The notes under the pieces were generated by a model, which saw nothing but the letters and a program-made list of their open reading frames with translations, was not told the origin of the DNA and searched no databases. The position numbers and the translations under genes are program-made. A stretch of 47,024 bases of DNA. It comes from Candidatus Pelagibacterales bacterium (GTDB lineage: Bacteria > Pseudomonadota > Alphaproteobacteria > Pelagibacterales > AG-422-B15). Numbering within the stretch: position 1 is the first letter of the stretch; each line of letters opens with the position of its first letter. This document shows, one piece after another, positions 9,742 through 17,960 of the stretch. The stretch lies in the NCBI GenBank assembly GCA_029242795.1, contig JAQWTH010000033.1:1-47024 (forward strand), in the 5' to 3' direction.

Positions 9742-10776
9742 ATGAATAGTACTGCAACTGGTGAAGCGTTTGGTAGAGTAAACCTTATGGGTGAGCATAT
9801 TGATTATAATTCTGGTTGCGTAATACCTTTACAAATAAATAGATCAATAAAAGTTTTCATAGAGCAAAACTCTGCTCTTGATGGCATTAAGATTAAATCA
9901 CAAAACTATAATAACGAAATATGTACTGATACATTGGACAAAAAAATGAACAATTGGGCTGATTTCATAATTGGTTCATGTTTTATTTTTGGTAAAGAGT
10001 TTGATATTAAAATCAAAAAAATATTTATAAATTTAAAAAGTAATCTTCCAATTGGAATTGGAGTCTCCTCCTCAGCAGCTGTGACTGTTGCCACGCTAAG
10101 AGCATTATCAGCATATTATGAGATTGAAATTCAAAAAGAACATTTAGTTAAATTGGCTCATTCTGTTGAGAGAGATTTTGTTGAGGTAGCTGGGGGTTTA
10201 ATGGATCAATTTGTTTCAATTTACGGAGCAACAAACAAAGCTTTGTTTCTTGATACTAAATCAAATGAATTTGAGTTAATAGATATTTCAAATAATTATA
10301 ATTTTTTTATAATTGATAGTGGAAAACAAAGAATCCTTACTGATGGTACTTTAAATAAAAAAAAAGACTGCTGTCAAAAAATAATAAAAAAATTAAATAT
10401 TGAATATTTATGTCAGTTAAATGAATTAAGTGATGAGAATAAAAATATACTGTCCAATGAAGAGATAGAAATAGCAAGTCATGTAATACTTGAAAATCAA
10501 AGATCAAAATTTGGCAAAATTGCTCTTACACAAGGTGACTTTGAGCAATTTGGAAAACTAATGACTCAAAGTCATAACTCTCTTCGAGATTTATATAAGG
10601 TATCAACGAGTGAATTAGATGTGCTAGTTGATTTATGTAATAAATTTGGTTCTATGGGATCAAAATTAACTGGAGCTGGATTCGGTGGAGCTATAGTAAC
10701 CTTAATCAAAAAAGAATTGGTAGAAGATTTAAAAATGTTTATTGTAGAAAATTATCCAAATGCTAAATTCTTATAA
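9742..10776 (+). CDS. galK: Galactokinase-like GHMP anomeric sugar kinase
   Basis: Galactokinase signature GRVNLMGEHIDYNSG, GHMP motif PIGIGVSSSAA, catalytic-Asp region GGLMDQFVS, and motif III TGAGFGGAIV. At 344 aa it is shorter than typical GalK, and the signature starts at about residue 10. Confidence 0.85.
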   Translation: MNSTATGEAFGRVNLMGEHIDYNSGCVIPLQINRSIKVFIEQNSALDGIKIKSQNYNNEICTDTLDKKMNNWADFIIGSCFIFGKEFDIKIKKIFINLKSNLPIGIGVSSSAAVTVATLRALSAYYEIEIQKEHLVKLAHSVERDFVEVAGGLMDQFVSIYGATNKALFLDTKSNEFELIDISNNYNFFIIDSGKQRILTDGTLNKKKDCCQKIIKKLNIEYLCQLNELSDENKNILSNEEIEIASHVILENQRSKFGKIALTQGDFEQFGKLMTQSHNSLRDLYKVSTSELDVLVDLCNKFGSMGSKLTGAGFGGAIVTLIKKELVEDLKMFIVENYPNAKFL

Positions 10777-12018
10777 ATGAAATTAAATTTACCAAATAAT
10801 TTTATATGGGGTACTGCTACTGCAGCTCACCAAGTTGAGGGAGATAATAAAAACTCAGATTTTTGGTTTTTAGAAAACTTTAAAAATACTACATTTGCTG
10901 AGCCGTCGGGAATAGCATGTGATCAATGGAATCGCTACGAAGAAGACATAAAAATCATGGTTGACCATTCGATTCAGTCTTATCGAATGTCATTGGAGTG
11001 GGCAAAAATAGAACCAGAAGAGGGAATTTACTCAAATGAAGCAATTGATCACTATCGAAAAGTTCTTGAGTGTTGCAGAAAAAATAATTTAAAAACTTGT
11101 GTTACTTATCAGCACTTTACTTCGCCACTTTGGTTTACTGCTAAAGGTGGATGGGAAAAAAGTGAAAATGTGAAACATTTTTTAAGCTATGCGGAAAAAG
11201 TTACAAATGAGCTTGGTGATCTAATTGATATAGTGTGCACAATAAATGAGGCAAATCTTACTGCCTGCTTTGCATATAGTTTTCAAAGCTATCCTGAAAA
11301 TGGCATGAAGACTATTATGCCATTTATAAAAGAAGCAGCGGAAGAGTGCGGATCAACTCTTGAAAACTTTGGACCCTTCCTATTTGGACACCCTTTTAAA
11401 ATTCGTGATTGTATGATGGAAGCTCATGTAAAATCTGTACCCATTATAAAAAATATTTTAAAAAACAATCAACCTGTTGGCGTCACTTTATCTATAATGG
11501 ATTATCAAGCAGCTGAAGGTGGAGAAAAAGTGAGAGACCAAGCATATGCTGAGTCAGTTGATTGTTGCTTGGATCAAATTACTAATGATGATTTTGTAGG
11601 AGTTCAAATGTATACTCGACATACATATGGACCTGATGGCATCATTAAGCCAAAAGTGGATGATCCTAATATGCTTGTCATGGGATATGAATATTATCCA
11701 GAGTCACTTGAAAATGTAGTTCGCTATGTATCATCAAAAATTAAGACACCAATTATGATTACTGAGAATGGTATTGGTACTGATGATGATAATCAAAGAA
11801 TTCAGTATCTCACAACTGCTCTTCAGGGACTCCAGAAGTGTCTTGATGATGGAATAGATATTAGAGGATATTTTTGCTGGTCATTACTTGATAACTTTGA
11901 ATGGCTCTTTGGCTATAAGCCAAGATTTGGATTAGTTGAAGTTAATCGAGAAACTCTGAACAGACAGGCAAAAAAAAGTTTTAAGTTTTTTAAAGATGTA
12001 ATTGATCAGTCTTCTTAG
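10777..12018 (+). CDS. Glycoside hydrolase family 1 (beta-glucosidase/beta-galactosidase)
   Basis: GH1 N-terminal signature FIWGTATAAHQVEG, acid/base region TINEAN, nucleophile ITENG, and C-terminal WSLLDNFEW. The start abuts the galK stop (TAA ATG). No signal peptide. Confidence 0.9.
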   Translation: MKLNLPNNFIWGTATAAHQVEGDNKNSDFWFLENFKNTTFAEPSGIACDQWNRYEEDIKIMVDHSIQSYRMSLEWAKIEPEEGIYSNEAIDHYRKVLECCRKNNLKTCVTYQHFTSPLWFTAKGGWEKSENVKHFLSYAEKVTNELGDLIDIVCTINEANLTACFAYSFQSYPENGMKTIMPFIKEAAEECGSTLENFGPFLFGHPFKIRDCMMEAHVKSVPIIKNILKNNQPVGVTLSIMDYQAAEGGEKVRDQAYAESVDCCLDQITNDDFVGVQMYTRHTYGPDGIIKPKVDDPNMLVMGYEYYPESLENVVRYVSSKIKTPIMITENGIGTDDDNQRIQYLTTALQGLQKCLDDGIDIRGYFCWSLLDNFEWLFGYKPRFGLVEVNRETLNRQAKKSFKFFKDVIDQSS

Positions 12019-12453
12019 TTAAATTTGCTCATAATCTGACATCGATAAAATACATCCTGCTATCAGCCAATCATTATTTTTTTGCTTTTCCATCATGTAT
12101 GTTGCTGTAACAAAGTTTCCATCTGGATCAACTAAAAACACATTGAGTGCAGGGCTATTTCTATAAGTGGTAATATCTCCAAACGTTATTTTTTTCGGCC
12201 GATAAACAGCGGGATACTGATTAATTACCATTAGCTTGAAATTATCTGGAGATGAAAAAATCTTTTTTATAGACGGAGCAGCGTATTTAAATGCCTGATC
12301 GAAGTCATCTTCTGCAAATGCTTGCAGTTGATTTTTGACAGTTTTTTTGATTGCCTCTTCGTCAAAGTCAGACAAATCAGATGAAATTGCCTGACTTTGG
12401 GAAATTAAAAAAGTAAAGAATAATGTGGCAAAGAAAATTCTCAATTTATTCAT
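12019..12453 (-). CDS. Secreted DUF4864-like (NTF2-like fold) protein
   Basis: Cleavable-looking signal peptide (MNKLRIFFATLFFTFLISQSQA). The YPAVYRPKKITFG stretch resembles DUF4864 proteins as I recall them. The start abuts the thiolase stop. Confidence 0.55.
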   Translation of the reverse strand: MNKLRIFFATLFFTFLISQSQAISSDLSDFDEEAIKKTVKNQLQAFAEDDFDQAFKYAAPSIKKIFSSPDNFKLMVINQYPAVYRPKKITFGDITTYRNSPALNVFLVDPDGNFVTATYMMEKQKNNDWLIAGCILSMSDYEQI

Positions 12454-13635
12454 CTATAGAATTTCAAATAATCCAGCAACACCCATACCACCGCCAACAC
12501 ACATAGTTGCGACACCATATTTTGCATTGCGTCTTTTACCTTCTATTAAAAGATGTCCTGTCATTCTAGATCCTGTCATTCCATATGGATGGCCAATAGA
12601 AATTGATCCTCCATTGACATTTAATTTTTCATTATCAATTCCTAACTTATCGCGGCAGTATAAAACCTGAACTGCAAAAGCTTCATTAAGTTCCCACAAA
12701 TCAATGTCATCAACAGTTAGATTGTGCTGCTCCAATAGTTTTGGAACTGCAAATACTGGTCCGATTCCCATCTCATCAGGTTCACATGCTGCAACTGATA
12801 GTCCTCGAAAAATTCCCATCGGCTCAATATTTCTCTTTTCAGCTTCTTTTAAATCCATAAGTACACAAGATGAAGCGCCATCAGAAAGCTGGCTTGCATT
12901 TCCAGCTGTAATGTACTTATCAGGCCCCATGACTGGCTGCAGACCAGCAAGGCTCTCCATTGTTGTTTGAGGTCTGTTACATTCATCTTTATCAACTGTA
13001 ACTTCTTGTTCTGAAACTTCTTTCGTTTCTTTGTTCATTACGTCCATCATTGTTTTCAATGGTACGATCTCATCTTCAAACTTGCCTTCAGTTTGAGCGG
13101 CTGCCGTTCTCTGCTGACTTTGTAATGAATATTCGTCTTGATATTCTCTACTTACGTTATAACGATCAGCAACAACATCTGCTGTATTTATCATTGGCAT
13201 CCATAATGCTGGACATACTTTTTGAAGCTCAGGTTCAATTAAATATTTCATATTCATATTCTGTTGAGTCATTGAAATTGACTCAACGCCGCCCCCTATT
13301 GCGACTTTGATTCCATCAACAATAATTCTTTGAGCTGCAACAGCAATTGATTGTAATCCAGAAGAGCAAAATCTATTTATAGTAGTACCAGGCACGGTCA
13401 CTGGACATCCACCAGCTATGGCAACATTTCTCCCAATATTATGACCCGTAGCTCCCTCAGGTTGCCCACATCCAAATATAACATCTTCTACCTCACCCGA
13501 CTCTATGTCAGCTCTTTCAATTGCATGTTTAACAGTATGTCCACCCATGGTAATCCCATGTGTTTTGTTAAAACCGCCCCTCATTGCTTTAGCAAGACCA
13601 GTTCTAGCCGTTGATATAATAGCAGCTTCTCTCAT
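12454..13635 (-). CDS. Acetyl-CoA C-acyltransferase (thiolase)
   Basis: Thiolase motifs are present: active-site Cys NRFCSSGLQS, NEAFA, GHPYGMTG, CVGGGMG. Start placed at ATG 13635 (MREAAIISTARTG), preceded by AAAGGA. The tracked start at 13674 adds 13 non-conserved residues. Confidence 0.9.
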   Translation of the reverse strand: MREAAIISTARTGLAKAMRGGFNKTHGITMGGHTVKHAIERADIESGEVEDVIFGCGQPEGATGHNIGRNVAIAGGCPVTVPGTTINRFCSSGLQSIAVAAQRIIVDGIKVAIGGGVESISMTQQNMNMKYLIEPELQKVCPALWMPMINTADVVADRYNVSREYQDEYSLQSQQRTAAAQTEGKFEDEIVPLKTMMDVMNKETKEVSEQEVTVDKDECNRPQTTMESLAGLQPVMGPDKYITAGNASQLSDGASSCVLMDLKEAEKRNIEPMGIFRGLSVAACEPDEMGIGPVFAVPKLLEQHNLTVDDIDLWELNEAFAVQVLYCRDKLGIDNEKLNVNGGSISIGHPYGMTGSRMTGHLLIEGKRRNAKYGVATMCVGGGMGVAGLFEIL

Positions 13636-13775
13636 ATGAAATCCTTTAGTTTTAAGTAATACAGGATGTAACATATCTACTTTCGAGTAAAAAAAAAGTC
13701 AAAAAATCAGCTAATAAATGTATTTTTTCAGTAAAAAAATATCCCAAAACTGGCAGTAATTTAATTTAATTATTC

Positions 13776-13805
13776 TTGACCGGGTATCACATGAGAGGTA
13801 GTAAT
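13776..13805 (+). promoter_or_regulatory. Candidate sigma70-type promoter for the PaaI thioesterase gene
   Basis: TTGACC (13776-13781), a 17-nt spacer, then TAGTAAT (13799-13805), about 28 nt upstream of the ATG at 13833. Pattern match only. Confidence 0.3.
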
Positions 13806-13832
13806 TGTCCACTTTAATTAAAGAGAATTGCT

Positions 13833-14270
13833 ATGGTAATGCTTAAAACAGAAACTTCTATTCCAACTTGGGTACCTGAAGGTTATAGAAAACTAGGCTG
13901 GCATGCTGGATTTGATGTTTTAATTGGCCCGATGTATTACAAAAAGGATGAGGATGGTAATTTTAAATTTATCACCAAAATTCTTGATAAACATTTAAAT
14001 GCTAATGGAGTAGCACACGGCGGCTTCTCTATGACATTAACTGATATTTTCTTTGGAACTCTAGCTTTCGTGGCAAGTGGTAAGAAACTTACCAGTACTG
14101 TATCGTTGAACTGTAACTTTGTCAGTCCAGGCCTTCAAGATGAAATTATAGAATGTGAAGCAAAAGTAACTAGAACAACTAGGTCTATGGTTTTTATTGA
14201 TGGAAATTTAATCAGTAAAGATAAAGTAATAGTTTCAGCTTCTGGTATTTGGAAAATTCTGAATCAATAA
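13833..14270 (+). CDS. PaaI-family hotdog-fold acyl-CoA thioesterase
   Basis: 145 aa with the hotdog thioesterase core: LNANGVAHGG ... VSPG ... ARV/AKVTR region. Confidence 0.78.
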   Translation: MVMLKTETSIPTWVPEGYRKLGWHAGFDVLIGPMYYKKDEDGNFKFITKILDKHLNANGVAHGGFSMTLTDIFFGTLAFVASGKKLTSTVSLNCNFVSPGLQDEIIECEAKVTRTTRSMVFIDGNLISKDKVIVSASGIWKILNQ

Positions 14271-14797
14271 TTTTTAAAAAATTCGTTTAAAGATACATAG
14301 GTTTTCATATCTTTAAAAAAATTCTTCTTCATCATCTTTTTTACTTCTTTAAAAGATTTAATTTTAACCTCCAATATTTCGTCTTCATCTAAGTTTTGCT
14401 CATCAAAATCAATACATTCAGCTTGATAACAAAATATCTCACACGAATTATATGCAGGAGATGGATAATAACTTCCAAGCGATTTCCAATTTTTACCAGT
14501 ATATCCAGTCTCTTCTTTAAGTTCTCTTTTTGCACAACTTAGAGGCTTTTCTCCTGGATCAATTGTTCCAGCAGGAACTTCATACATAATTTTATCAGAA
14601 CCATATCTATATTGTCTCAATAGAATTATGTTTTTCTTTTCAAAAATTGGAACGATTGATGTAACACCATTATGTTTGATATAATCCCTAACAAGCTTCT
14701 TATTGTTTACCCAAACAACTTCATCTTTTCTAAATTCAAAAACATTCGCTTTAATACTTTTTTTCGTTTTAATAAATTTTGCTTTTTTTAACTTCAT
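14264..14797 (-). CDS. NUDIX hydrolase (ADP-ribose / NDP-sugar pyrophosphatase type)
   Basis: Nudix box GTIDPGEKPLSCAKRELKEETGY. The upstream YRYG and EVPAG context is typical of NudF-like enzymes. Confidence 0.85.
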   Translation of the reverse strand: MKLKKAKFIKTKKSIKANVFEFRKDEVVWVNNKKLVRDYIKHNGVTSIVPIFEKKNIILLRQYRYGSDKIMYEVPAGTIDPGEKPLSCAKRELKEETGYTGKNWKSLGSYYPSPAYNSCEIFCYQAECIDFDEQNLDEDEILEVKIKSFKEVKKMMKKNFFKDMKTYVSLNEFFKNY

Positions 14798-15294
14798 CTT
14801 TTTAGGTTTTCTAAATCTATATAATTCACTGGATCATGATATTTCTCAATCAAATCAATTAAATTTTGAGGAGAAATATTTACAGTTGCTGTATTAATTA
14901 ACGGATGAAAATTAACTCTTTCAGAGTTTAAAAAAGATCGATCTAAATAAAATTTAACTTGTTTTTTAGTATCATTTAAAAGGGCAAAAGGGCTAACAGA
15001 TCCTGGTTCAATGCCCAATATGTCTTGAAGATATTCTGATTTAGCAAAAGAAAGTTTCTTTGACTGTATTTGTTGCATTGTTTTTTTCAAATCTATAGAT
15101 GCACTTTCTTCTATACTTATTAAAAAAAAATTAGCCTTTGCATCTTTTAAAAAAAGATTCTTTGAATGAGCTCCCTCAATTTGTCCACGAAGTGCCTTAG
15201 AATCCTCAACAGTAAATAAAGGTGCGTGTTCCTTTATTAAATAATCGAAACTATGATCATTGAGTATTCTGATTAAATCTTCTTTAAAGATCAT
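14794..15294 (-). CDS. proX: YbaK/ProX-type aminoacyl-tRNA trans-editing (deacylase) domain protein
   Basis: 166 aa with the prolyl-tRNA synthetase-associated editing domain pattern (HSKNLFLKD, GSVSPFAL, FHPLINTATV). Confidence 0.72.
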   Translation of the reverse strand: MIFKEDLIRILNDHSFDYLIKEHAPLFTVEDSKALRGQIEGAHSKNLFLKDAKANFFLISIEESASIDLKKTMQQIQSKKLSFAKSEYLQDILGIEPGSVSPFALLNDTKKQVKFYLDRSFLNSERVNFHPLINTATVNISPQNLIDLIEKYHDPVNYIDLENLKR

Positions 15295-16164
15295 TTATAT
15301 ATATCGTTTTAGGCTTAATTTATAATTAGAATTTGGAAGTTGATCGATAAGAAGTTTAAACTGTTTTTTCGATATCCAGCCGTTTAGGTAAGACTCTAAC
15401 TCAATTGAGCCAACTAATGTTTTTTCTTTTTTTTGAAATTTATGTACGTAATTAGAAGCTTCTAGCATCTCAACCGCATCTCCAGTATCAAACCATTTAA
15501 CATTATTTTTTATTGGAAAAACGCTCAGATTTTCTTCAAGCAAATAAGATAAGTGAACATCTACTATTTCTAGTTCACCTCTTTTTGATGGATTAAGCTT
15601 TTTAACAACGGAAATTGATTTTTGATCATAAAAATAAAGTCCAGGGATCGTTAAATTACTTTTTGGTTTCTTTGGTTTCTCAATTATTGACTTTATTTTA
15701 TTTCTTTTATCAAATTCTATTACAGCTGACTTTGAAGGATATTTTGTTTTTACAGCAAGAATAGCTGCCCCTGATCTAACAGACTGAACTTGTTTAAGCA
15801 TTGATTTAAAAGTTCTACCAATAAATAAATTGTCAGCAAGTGCAAGAATGTATGGTTTATTTGCAATAAATTTTTTACCAATATTAATTGCGTCAGGAAT
15901 TCCTATTTGTTTCTTTTGAAATGAATAACTAAATTTCATTCCAAGTTGTTTACCAGTACCAAATAGTTTTTTAAATTGAGGAATATCCTGTTTTTGAGAG
16001 ATAAATAGCACTTCACGCACACCAGCATTTATTAAATTTGATAAAGCATAATAAAGAAGTGGCTTATCATAAAGTGGCAAGAGCGGCTTTACCGTAATTT
16101 TTGTTGCAGGAGATAGACGCGTTCCTTTGCCGGCAGCAAGAATAATTCCTTTTTTAAATCTCAT
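15295..16164 (-). CDS. rmlA: Glucose-1-phosphate thymidylyltransferase-like sugar nucleotidyltransferase
   Basis: Alignable by eye to RmlA along its full length: GIILAAGKGTRLSP, KPLLPLYDKPLLYYALSNL, EKPKKPKSNLTIPGLYFYD, RGELEIVDV, WFDTGD. Confidence 0.85.
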   Translation of the reverse strand: MRFKKGIILAAGKGTRLSPATKITVKPLLPLYDKPLLYYALSNLINAGVREVLFISQKQDIPQFKKLFGTGKQLGMKFSYSFQKKQIGIPDAINIGKKFIANKPYILALADNLFIGRTFKSMLKQVQSVRSGAAILAVKTKYPSKSAVIEFDKRNKIKSIIEKPKKPKSNLTIPGLYFYDQKSISVVKKLNPSKRGELEIVDVHLSYLLEENLSVFPIKNNVKWFDTGDAVEMLEASNYVHKFQKKEKTLVGSIELESYLNGWISKKQFKLLIDQLPNSNYKLSLKRYI

Positions 16165-16182
16165 CTAAATCAGATATCTAAA

Positions 16183-17037
16183 TTAGTTTTTATTAGCTTT
16201 ATGTTTCAAGAAATTTTTATCTCTTAAATTTCTATACTCTGGTTTTTTCTTTTGCATTTTAGACACCATTGTCGACATTACATCCTCTTTATGAAGTGTG
16301 GCTGCATTCCACAGAGCTACATTTTCAAGGCTCTCTTTAACAGTATGATCTCGAGAATAGTTTAAGGTTTCTTTTGTTACCCACATAGCTAGAGGTGTTT
16401 TAGATGCAAGTTTTTCAGCAATTTCAAAAGCATTCTTAATCATTTCTTCATGATTGTCGTGAAGAGAGCTCACAAGGCCGACTTCCTTTGCCCTATCGGC
16501 TGAAACCTTTTCTCCAAGCATTGTCCATTCTCTTGCAATCCCAGCTGGAATTATTTTTGGTAATCTTTGTATTGTTCCAATGTCTGCAGCAAGTCCAACA
16601 TTAATTTCCTCAATCAAGAAGAAGGCATCCTTCGTGCATATTCGAATATCAGCAGCGGTAATAAGATCTATTCCTCCTCCAATGCAACCTCCTTGTACAG
16701 CAGTTACAACAGGGAAACGTGCTGCCTCAAGACATGAAACCGCATTTTGAAGAAATCTAAGTTGTTGCAAGAAGTAACCGCGACTTCTTCCCATCTCATT
16801 ATCTGTTTCATTTTCCACAATATCATCCTTGAACATACTTAGATCTATGCCGGCAGAAAAATGTGGACCTGTTGAAGAAACGATTAGAGCCCTTATTTCA
16901 CCACTGTCATCTAATTCTTCAACTTCTTTTGGAAACATTGTCCAAAAATCTTCATTCATTGAATTTCTTTTCTCAGGTCTATTGAATCTGATGTGTGCTA
17001 TTGAGTTATCTATTTCAACATCAAATGGTTTTGACAT
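16183..17037 (-). CDS. Enoyl-CoA hydratase/isomerase (crotonase) family, dienoyl-CoA isomerase-like
   Basis: Crotonase fold motifs RPEKRNSM, FSAGIDL, GGCIGGGIDLITAADIR. The overall pattern resembles delta3,5-delta2,4-dienoyl-CoA isomerase. Confidence 0.88.
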   Translation of the reverse strand: MSKPFDVEIDNSIAHIRFNRPEKRNSMNEDFWTMFPKEVEELDDSGEIRALIVSSTGPHFSAGIDLSMFKDDIVENETDNEMGRSRGYFLQQLRFLQNAVSCLEAARFPVVTAVQGGCIGGGIDLITAADIRICTKDAFFLIEEINVGLAADIGTIQRLPKIIPAGIAREWTMLGEKVSADRAKEVGLVSSLHDNHEEMIKNAFEIAEKLASKTPLAMWVTKETLNYSRDHTVKESLENVALWNAATLHKEDVMSTMVSKMQKKKPEYRNLRDKNFLKHKANKN

Positions 17038-17111
17038 ATTTTTTCCTCGCTTTGGATAAATGATCTATATAAACTATATATATATTTAAAACTTTGAAAA
17101 ATACATAAAAA

Positions 17112-17960
17112 ATGGCCATTAATTATGATGAAATAATGTCAATGACTTCAGAAAACGTTGAGATCTCTTATACTGATAAAGACTCAATTCTCTATAGTCT
17201 TGGAGTGGGTTTTGGAAATGATCCCATGAATATTGATGAATTAAAATATGTCTATGAAAATTCTCAGATTGCTTTGCCTTCAATGGCAACAAACTTCCAG
17301 TATCACGCGCCGTTACTCTTAAAAGCAAACATTAATTTTATAATGGTTGTTCATGGTGAGCAAAAACTCTCAATCACCAATCCTTTGCCAGTGTCAGGAG
17401 AATTTATATCAAATGCAAAAGTAATTAGCTGTTATGACAAAGGGCCAGGAAAAGGAGCAATTATTGACGTTGAAACGACAATCAACTTAAAAAAAGATAA
17501 CACTGAAATCTGTAAACTAGTCAGCACTACATTTGCAAGAGGAGATGGCGGTTTTGGCGGTTCAGATTCCCCTAAAAAAGAATTAGTTAAAACATCGGGA
17601 AGCCCAGATTTTGTTCATGAAATTAAAACAAAACCTGATCAGGCATTAATATTTAGACTATCTGGGGACTACAATCCATTGCACTCTGATCCAAGTTTTG
17701 CAAAGGCCGCAGGATTTGAAAAGCCAATCTTGCACGGAATGTGCACATACGGTATCGCATGTCGATCTATAATTGAAAGTATATGTGAGAAAGATGTAAA
17801 AAGACTAAAAAGATTTGATTGTCGATTTTCTTCTCCAGTGTATCCTGGAGAAACTATAATCACTGAAATGTGGAAGAATGGAAATGTCATTCATTTCCAA
17901 TCAAAAGTTAAAGAAAGAGATAAAGTAGTCATTAAAAATGGAGAAAGTGAAGTTGTATGA
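17112..17960 (+). CDS. MaoC-like (R)-specific enoyl-CoA hydratase, double hotdog (hydratase-2 type)
   Basis: Hydratase-2 motif LSGDYNPLHSDPSFAKAAGFEKPILHGM in the C-terminal half. The N-terminal half is a degenerate hotdog, as in MFE-2 hydratase domains. Confidence 0.85.
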   Translation: MAINYDEIMSMTSENVEISYTDKDSILYSLGVGFGNDPMNIDELKYVYENSQIALPSMATNFQYHAPLLLKANINFIMVVHGEQKLSITNPLPVSGEFISNAKVISCYDKGPGKGAIIDVETTINLKKDNTEICKLVSTTFARGDGGFGGSDSPKKELVKTSGSPDFVHEIKTKPDQALIFRLSGDYNPLHSDPSFAKAAGFEKPILHGMCTYGIACRSIIESICEKDVKRLKRFDCRFSSPVYPGETIITEMWKNGNVIHFQSKVKERDKVVIKNGESEVV

